DNA of 10,407 nt from Fibrobacterota bacterium (GTDB lineage Bacteria; Fibrobacterota; Fibrobacteria; UBA11236): the NCBI GenBank assembly GCA_043753995.1, contig JAYUVP010000073.1, forward strand, positions 1 to 10,407, in the 5' to 3' direction. Below the pieces are notes generated by a model. That model made no database searches, was not told the origin of the DNA, and saw only the letters and a list, made by a program, of their open reading frames with translations. Positions within the stretch are counted from its first letter, which is position 1; every line of letters begins with the position of its first letter. The position numbers were made by a program, and so were the translations under genes. Positions 1-5,839 of the stretch are shown in pieces.

Positions 1-576
1 CTTATTGTTTTCTCCGCTGCATCAGGCGCCGGGAAAAGCTCGCTCAAAGATCGACTCGTACGTCGCTTTCCTGATTTACGCTATTCCGTTTCGGCCACCA
101 CACGCAAACCGCGGCCCGGCGAGATCGATGGCAAGCATTATTTCTTCAAAACTCCCGAGCAATTTCGCCAAATGTTGGACGCTGGGGAATTGGTCGAATG
201 GATGGAAGTGCATGGCAATTGGTATGGCACGCCGCGCGCCCCCATTGAAGCCATTCTCGCCGAAGGGCATAGTGTCATTCTCGATCTAGACGTCTATGGC
301 AAGGTGAATTTCGACAAGGCGTTTCCCAACGCGGTGGGCATTTTGATTTTGCCGCCCAGTCTCGAAGAATTGGAAAAGCGGCTCGTGGGGCGGGCACAAG
401 ATGATCCTGATACCATAAAATTGCGTGTGCGCAATGCGGTGCGCGAAATGGAATTCGCCCAGGAACACGGGAAATACGAATATAAAGTGGTGAATGACGA
501 CTTCACTCGGGCCTTGGCCGAACTGACCGCGATTTTCGAAAAGCTGCTCAAGGTGCCGGCTCTGCCCGACCCTTAA
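1..576 (+). CDS. gmk: Guanylate kinase, 5'-truncated by the window edge (open frame from position 1; the ORF-track start at 172 is an internal Met)
   Basis: Translating frame 1 from base 1 gives LIVFSAASGAGKSSLKDRL (P-loop), YSVSATTRKPRPGEIDGKHYFF, then EVHGNWYGT, ILPPSLEELEKRLVGR and VVNDD, all typical guanylate kinase motifs. Stop TAA at 574-576. Confidence 0.97.
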   Translation, partial: LIVFSAASGAGKSSLKDRLVRRFPDLRYSVSATTRKPRPGEIDGKHYFFKTPEQFRQMLDAGELVEWMEVHGNWYGTPRAPIEAILAEGHSVILDLDVYGKVNFDKAFPNAVGILILPPSLEELEKRLVGRAQDDPDTIKLRVRNAVREMEFAQEHGKYEYKVVNDDFTRALAELTAIFEKLLKVPALPDP

Positions 577-585
577 GAGCAGCCA

Positions 586-1527
586 ATGTGGATATCCCTC
601 ACCTGCCTATCGGCCCTCTTTCTTGGCTTTTATGACTTGGCCAAGAAAAAAGCCGTCGACGGAAATGCCGTCCTTCCTACGCTTTTTTTTACCACCTTAA
701 CCGGTGCGGTCATCACCTTGCCATTTTTGGCTCTGTCTTGGATTTCGCCGATAACCGCGATAGCGTGTCACATTTACATTCCCCCGCAATCGCTTTCGGC
801 TCACTTGCTGATTCTGTTCAAATCCTTTATCGTCGGCCTCTCTTGGCTCTTGTCTTATTTCGCCCTAAAGCATTTACCGATTTCGGTAGCTTCGCCATTG
901 CGCGCGACCGGCCCACTCTTTACCGTGATTGGCGCCATTGCCTTCTTCGGAGAAAAGCCCACCTGGGGACAAGGCGTCGGCATAGCCTTAATCCTAGCAG
1001 CCTATTTCTTGTATTCGTTGCAAGCCTTGCGTACCAAGGGTATCAGGCAGGCGACTCCTAGCCGTGAACCGAGAATATCGGGAGTCTGGGTACTTTGCAT
1101 GTTACTGGCGGCTTTCACCGGAGCCATCAGCGGGGGCTATGACAAGTACTTGCTGCAAACTCGGCATTTACCGAATCTCTTTGTATTAGGATTTTTTCTT
1201 CCCTACCTGGCTTTGATCTTCGCCGTGATCACCGTCTTGCTTTGGTGGCCAAGGCGCGCCTCCCTGCCATTTCGTTTCAAGCCGTCCATGATTTGGGTGG
1301 GTTTGCTTTTAGTCGCTGCGGATTTGGCGTATTTTCAGGCCTTGTCCCATCCGTCGGCCAAGCTTTCCGTCGTCAGTGCTATTCGTCGCAGCAATGTGAT
1401 GATTTCTTTTGCCGGTGGCATGCTGCTTTTCAAGGAAGCCAAGGCGGGCGCATGGCGCCGCCGCTTAATTCCCTTTGTCGGCATAGCCCTGGGGCTTGCC
1501 TTTCTACTGCTATCGCCTAAGGATTAA
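586..1527 (+). CDS. EamA-family (DMT superfamily) membrane transporter, 313 aa, two internal repeats, about 10 TM helices
   Basis: Hydrophobic helices throughout, with DMT-like motifs in both halves (SYFALKHLPISVASPLRATGPLFTVIGAIAFFGEK; YFQALSHPSAKLSVVSAIRRSNVMISFAGGMLLFKE). Starts 9 nt after the gmk stop, so probably co-transcribed. Confidence 0.9.
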   Translation: MWISLTCLSALFLGFYDLAKKKAVDGNAVLPTLFFTTLTGAVITLPFLALSWISPITAIACHIYIPPQSLSAHLLILFKSFIVGLSWLLSYFALKHLPISVASPLRATGPLFTVIGAIAFFGEKPTWGQGVGIALILAAYFLYSLQALRTKGIRQATPSREPRISGVWVLCMLLAAFTGAISGGYDKYLLQTRHLPNLFVLGFFLPYLALIFAVITVLLWWPRRASLPFRFKPSMIWVGLLLVAADLAYFQALSHPSAKLSVVSAIRRSNVMISFAGGMLLFKEAKAGAWRRRLIPFVGIALGLAFLLLSPKD

Positions 1528-1536
1528 TCGCTGAAT

Positions 1537-1553
1537 GGCAGGGCCGTGCTGCC
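1537..1553. terminator. Short GC hairpin between the convergent EamA and purQ stop codons; possible weak bidirectional terminator or pause
   Basis: GGCAG (1537-1541) / 7-nt loop / CTGCC (1549-1553) in the 25-bp gap. No U-tract on either strand. Confidence 0.25.
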
Positions 1554-2347
1554 TAGCGCACCGCCGCCACGGCATTGCGGAAAAACGCAAGCCCAGCTCC
1601 ATCCCCCTGAAGCCCCAGGGCCTGCCACCGCGGATGATGATGAGCAAAAATGAAGGCTTCGGGATGGGGCATTAGGCCAAAGACCAAGCCATCTGGCGTA
1701 CACACACCCGCGATATCGTCGACGGAACCATTCGGATTGGCGGGATAGGGCACATTGCCTTCGGCGGGGCGATTGCCATCGGCCTGCACATAACGCAGGC
1801 ATACCTGGCCCGCCGCTCTCCAGCTAGCAAGCAGGGCTTCGCTACCGGGGATGAACTTGCCTTCACCATGGCGCACCGGCAAGGTGATTTGGCTTATGCC
1901 ACGTGTCCACAGGCAGGACGTGCCCGACACGGTTTGCAATTGGCACCAACGATCTTCGAAGCGGCCGCTATCATTGGTGGTCAGTGTCGCGTTTTGGTTT
2001 AGTTCTCCCAGGCCCGAGCCGGGCAATAAGCCTAGTTTGACCAGGACTTGAAAGCCATTGCAAATACCAACCATGGGCACGCGCCGCTCGCGGGCTGCCA
2101 ACAATTGATCGCCCAAATGGCTGCGGAGCTTATTGGCGAAAACGCGGCCGCTGGCGATATGATCGCCAAAGGAGAATCCGCCGGGAAAGGCGATTAAGTC
2201 GAAGTCACTTAGCTTGGCTTGGCCAGCAATGAGATCGCCTACATGGGTTTTCGTAGGCAGGCCGCCGGCGAGGCGAAAAGCCTCGGCCAGCTCATTGTCG
2301 GAATTGATACCGTAACCGGTAATGATGGCAACGCGTGGCGCGGGCAT
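1553..2347 (-). CDS. purQ: FGAM synthase glutaminase subunit PurQ; start re-assigned to the ATG at 2347 (MPAPRVAIITG...)
   Basis: Class I glutamine amidotransferase motifs: GYGINSDNE, FPGGFSFGD, GICNGFQVL (catalytic Cys), LPVRHGEG, YPANPNGS, GLMPHPE (His/Glu of the triad). The minus strand reads TGAGGCCAGCATG, with an SD-like GAGG overlapping the purL stop, which suggests translational coupling. The ORF-track start at 2395 would overlap purL. Confidence 0.95.
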   Translation of the reverse strand: MPAPRVAIITGYGINSDNELAEAFRLAGGLPTKTHVGDLIAGQAKLSDFDLIAFPGGFSFGDHIASGRVFANKLRSHLGDQLLAARERRVPMVGICNGFQVLVKLGLLPGSGLGELNQNATLTTNDSGRFEDRWCQLQTVSGTSCLWTRGISQITLPVRHGEGKFIPGSEALLASWRAAGQVCLRYVQADGNRPAEGNVPYPANPNGSVDDIAGVCTPDGLVFGLMPHPEAFIFAHHHPRWQALGLQGDGAGLAFFRNAVAAVR

Positions 2348-2354
2348 GCTGGCC

Positions 2355-5300
2355 TCAAAAATCCAGAGGTTTGCGCCAACGAGCGAATAGGGCATCGATC
2401 GTGGCGGTGAGCGCTGGGGCTCCGGGAAGGTTCAAGTGTAACTCAGGGGTTTCGGTCACCTGTCCGATACGGGCACAGGCCAGACCCGCGAAAGCAGCTT
2501 CGAATTCGGCCACTTTTTCCAGGGAGACGGAAACTATAAAGCGGCTGGCGCTTTCGGAAAAGAGCAGGGCTTGCGGCGAAAGCCCGGAATCGCGGGCAGT
2601 CTGTAAGGGAGCACCATAAGCGCGGCGTGCGGGCAAGGCGCCGACATCGGCGTCTACGCCAAGCCGTCCTGCCATGGCGCATTCGGCTAAGGCGACAAAG
2701 AAACCGCCGTCGCTCAAATCATGGCAGCTGCGCACCATGCCGCCTTGTATGGCTTGGGACAAGGCCTGATAAGTCGCCCAAGCCTCCTGGACATTCACGC
2801 GCGGCACGGTTTGTCCGATGACACCGAGCATGGCGAAATATTCCGATCCGCCGAGTTCGGGCAAGGTGGCTCCGATAGCATAGACGGCATCGCCCGCGCA
2901 TTGGAAATCCATGGTGATGGCGCGCTTGGCATCAGCCATGACGCCGATGACGGTGACCAGCAAGGTGGGCGGCACGCTGATTTTATCCTTGCCGCGTCCA
3001 TAGTCATTCTTCATCGAATCCTTGCCGGAAATCAGCGGCAAGCCATAGGCCACGCAAATGTCATATAGCCCTTCATTGCACCGCACGAGTTGGGCCAGTT
3101 TGTATTGTCCGTCTGGCGTCGACTCGGACTCCACCGGATCCGGCCAGCAGAAATTGTCGAGGCCCGCCATATAGCCCGGCTGGGCTCCTACGGCGATAGC
3201 ATTGCGCACCGCCTCATCGACGGCATTTTGCGCCATGGCATAGGTATCAATGTCGCTATAGCGCGGCACAATTCCGTGTGAAACCACCAGGCCTTCGGGC
3301 CGCTGATAGAGTGGACGCAAAACGGCCGCATCACTCGGGCCATCGGCTTGCAATCCCACGAAGGGCTTGACCACGCTGCGGCCTTGCACTTCGTGATCGT
3401 ATTGGCGCACCCAAGTTTCCTTGGAGCAAATATTCAAAGCGCCCAATAAATTCAGTGCATCGGCTTTCAAATCGCGCGCGGCCAAATCCTGGGCCGGGGG
3501 ATCGAGATGCCGCGGCGGCGACCATCGAGCCTTGAGTTGCAGGCGGGGATTACCGTCATGCAGAAAATCCATATCGAGTTGGGCGACCAATTTGCCGCCA
3601 TAAAAACAGGCAAGGGATCCCGAAGCCGTGAATTGCCCCAAGTCGGAGGCTTCGACTCCGCGCCTTTGAGCCAAGTCCAGTAATGCCGACATATTTTCGG
3701 GAGGCACTGCGAAAGACATGCGCTCTTGCGCTTCCGACACCAAAATTTCCCAGGGATCCAAACCCGCGTATTTCAACAAGGCGTGATCGAGGTGCACTTC
3801 GCATCCGCCGCTTTCACGAGCCATTTCGCCCAGCGAGGAAGAAAGTCCGCCCGCCCCATTGTCGGTCACGAAGCGATACAGCCCTAGATCACGCGCTTCC
3901 AAAAGGAAATCGAGCAATTTCTTTTGCGTGATGGGATCACCGATTTGCACGGCCGACGTGGGCGAAGCCGTGGTGAGCGCCGCCGAAGAAAAGGTGGCAC
4001 CGTGAATACCATCTTTGCCGATACGGCCACCGGCCATGACGATGCGGTCGCCGGGTTCAATGGATTTTTGCCAGCTGGGCTTTCCATTGATTTCGCTGGG
4101 AATGAGGCCTCCGGTGCCGCAGAATACCAGGGGCTTGCCGAGAAAGCGCTCGTCGAAGACGATGGATCCATTCACCGTAGGAATGCCGCTCTCATTGCCG
4201 CCATCCTTCACGCCGCGATGCACTTCTTTCAACAGGCGCTTGGGATGATGCAGCTTGCCCGGCACGGGTTTGTCATAATAAGGCGAGGCGAAGCAAAAGA
4301 CATCGGTATTGAAAATCGGCTGGCAGCCCAGTCCGCAGCCCAAAATGTCGCGATTCACGCCGACTATGCCGGTCATCGCTCCACCATAAGGATCGAGAGC
4401 CGATGGCGAATTATGGGTCTCGGCCTTCATGGCCACGTCCCAGCCTTCGCAAAAAGCGATGATGCCAGCATTGTCGGTGAATACCGATTTCAACCAGGGC
4501 GCCTTGGGCCGTACCGCTTCGGTTGCTGCCTTTACATAGGTCTTATACAGGCTACGTATGTTGCGCGTTTCGCCTAGCTCATCGGTATAAGCAATGTCGG
4601 CGGCGAAAATCTTGTGCTTGCAATGCTCGCTCCAAGTTTGGGCTATAGCCTCAAGCTCAATATCGGTCGGCCAAGCCGGTAAGCCCGCTTGCGCGCGTGA
4701 GGCCTGTCGCGAAGGCTCAGCGAAGTGGGCGCGAATGCCACGCATTTCCTGAAGTGACAAAGACAAGACCATGTCGTCCGACATTTTTTGCAATTCGGCA
4801 TCGCTATCAGGCAGGGCGATTTCCCGAACTTGAGGTATATGGGCCAACTCGACCTTATTCGAGGCCGCCTGGATGCCGCCCTGTGCGATCCATTCTTCCC
4901 CTGAAAAAAGCGCCCAGGTCTCAATGAGATCATTGGCGAAAACTTGGCGAGCCGCCATTTCTGCCTGTCCGCGCGAAAGAGTGCCATGCAATAAAAATTG
5001 ACGATGGGTATAAACCCCTTCGTCATCTCTGAGGGAGCGGTGCAATAAATCCGAGACACCTTCGCGAGTGCTACGCCCCACATTGTCGGTGACCCCCGGC
5101 TTAAATCCGACTTCAATCACCCAGGAAAAATCGCCCTTGCTAACCGGTTTATTGATGGCATAAATCTCGGTGACGGGATCACAAAGCAATTGGTTGGCAA
5201 TGAGCTCCTGCTCCTGGGATTTAAGGTCCAGTTCAAAGGTATAGGCAGCCACGGTCTCCACCTGAGTGACCGGCAGCCGAAAATCATCGCGCAAGGTGGG

Positions 5301-5366
5301 AAGGAGCTTACGCCCCTTGGCGTCGGTTGCCGAGGATTTCTGGCCGACTTCGATGCGGGTAAGCAA
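2355..5366 (-). CDS. purL: FGAM synthase synthetase subunit PurL with fused N-terminal PurS-like region, ~1003 aa, no glutaminase domain
   Basis: Motifs AQTWSEHCKHKIF, KAETHNSPSALDPYGGAMTG, RDILG, DNGAGG, SEAQERM, QYDHEV, ISGKDS, HDLSDGG. SD AGGAG (5377-5373) directly abuts the TTG at 5372 but lies 6 nt before the in-frame TTG at 5366, which I prefer as the start. Confidence 0.96.
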   Translation of the reverse strand: MLTRIEVGQKSSATDAKGRKLLPTLRDDFRLPVTQVETVAAYTFELDLKSQEQELIANQLLCDPVTEIYAINKPVSKGDFSWVIEVGFKPGVTDNVGRSTREGVSDLLHRSLRDDEGVYTHRQFLLHGTLSRGQAEMAARQVFANDLIETWALFSGEEWIAQGGIQAASNKVELAHIPQVREIALPDSDAELQKMSDDMVLSLSLQEMRGIRAHFAEPSRQASRAQAGLPAWPTDIELEAIAQTWSEHCKHKIFAADIAYTDELGETRNIRSLYKTYVKAATEAVRPKAPWLKSVFTDNAGIIAFCEGWDVAMKAETHNSPSALDPYGGAMTGIVGVNRDILGCGLGCQPIFNTDVFCFASPYYDKPVPGKLHHPKRLLKEVHRGVKDGGNESGIPTVNGSIVFDERFLGKPLVFCGTGGLIPSEINGKPSWQKSIEPGDRIVMAGGRIGKDGIHGATFSSAALTTASPTSAVQIGDPITQKKLLDFLLEARDLGLYRFVTDNGAGGLSSSLGEMARESGGCEVHLDHALLKYAGLDPWEILVSEAQERMSFAVPPENMSALLDLAQRRGVEASDLGQFTASGSLACFYGGKLVAQLDMDFLHDGNPRLQLKARWSPPRHLDPPAQDLAARDLKADALNLLGALNICSKETWVRQYDHEVQGRSVVKPFVGLQADGPSDAAVLRPLYQRPEGLVVSHGIVPRYSDIDTYAMAQNAVDEAVRNAIAVGAQPGYMAGLDNFCWPDPVESESTPDGQYKLAQLVRCNEGLYDICVAYGLPLISGKDSMKNDYGRGKDKISVPPTLLVTVIGVMADAKRAITMDFQCAGDAVYAIGATLPELGGSEYFAMLGVIGQTVPRVNVQEAWATYQALSQAIQGGMVRSCHDLSDGGFFVALAECAMAGRLGVDADVGALPARRAYGAPLQTARDSGLSPQALLFSESASRFIVSVSLEKVAEFEAAFAGLACARIGQVTETPELHLNLPGAPALTATIDALFARWRKPLDF

Positions 5367-5372
5367 AGGCAA

Positions 5373-5377
5373 CTCCT
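5373..5377 (-). promoter_or_regulatory. Shine-Dalgarno sequence (AGGAG) of purL
   Basis: Minus strand reads CCCC-AGGAG-TTGCCT-TTG-CTT-ACC. Confidence 0.8.
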
Positions 5378-5498
5378 GGGGCGGGCGCCGATTTCCAGCC
5401 TTGGCCGCCTGTATTCCCGCCGCATGGAGACAGGCTTTTTAAGCTAGTCCATTGGGCTAAAAAGTCAGGCTACCCTCTGGGGCGCGTGAGGAAAGGCC
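5373..5498 (-). promoter_or_regulatory. Candidate structured 5' leader of purL-purQ (consecutive hairpins plus an anti-SD helix)
   Basis: Complementary segments read by eye: CCTC/GAGG, CTTTTTAGC/GCTTAAAAAG, GCCTGT/ACAGGC, GGCGG/CCGCC, and CTCC-A-TG-C-GGCGGG with CCCGCC-C-CA-GGAG. I do not recognise a known riboswitch consensus. Confidence 0.35.
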
Positions 5499-5807
5499 AA
5501 ATGTACATCGAGAGCGATTCACCTTAGTCAAAAAACACCCGATCCAAGGGCAATTTGAAATGGGTCCCCAGGCCGGTCCTTCTGTTTACCATTACTACCC
5601 ATTATTATTGGAAATAAAATCCCGTCTTCCAGGGTACTGCTTTTTAAATAGGTTTTTTTGTTTAAATAATGACAAAAATGAGCGAAATCAAAAACGGGCT
5701 CGACTCCATTACGTTTACTCCATTTAATCTTTTAGAAAGACAATGAGATCAGGAGCGAGCACCCGTCACCTGCGAAGAATTGGCTCATAATTAAATCCCC
5801 CTAGGAT

Positions 5808-5821
5808 GCGGCCGAAGCCGC
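5808..5821 (-). terminator. C(UUCG)G tetraloop hairpin just downstream of the lipoprotein stop codon; possible 3'-end protection or pause element
   Basis: Minus strand GCGGC-TTCG-GCCGC begins 18 nt after the TGA at 5842-5840. No adjacent U-tract, so it is not a canonical intrinsic terminator. Confidence 0.35.
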
Positions 5822-5839
5822 CGCTTTGTTCGCGTCGAC

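Noticed and set aside
3924..4577. 217-aa + strand ORF and the other short ORFs overlapping gmk, EamA, purQ and purL
   Set aside because: These are antisense or alternate-frame shadows of well-supported genes, with no recognisable motifs.
5117..5425. 102-aa minus-strand ORF (MRREYRRP...) starting in the purL leader, as a leader peptide
   Set aside because: It runs out of frame deep into purL, has no evident SD and has a non-protein-like composition.
5373..5520. Known ZTP (pfl), purine, PRPP/ykkC or c-di-GMP riboswitch upstream of purL
   Set aside because: GCCCGCC resembles part of the ZTP 3' element, but the following UGGGC and the 5' GACUGGCG core are absent. The other consensus cores were not found by eye.
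5500..5531. Sigma70 promoter TTGACT...TACATT for purL (and a similar TTGACG...TATCGA upstream of the lipoprotein gene)
   Set aside because: The spacer is 20 nt in both cases, outside the usual 16-18 nt, so I do not call them as promoters.
5580..5745. AT-rich region as a replication origin or CRISPR leader/array
   Set aside because: No DnaA boxes (TTATCCACA-like), no regularly spaced 25-40-nt repeats and no cas genes are present.
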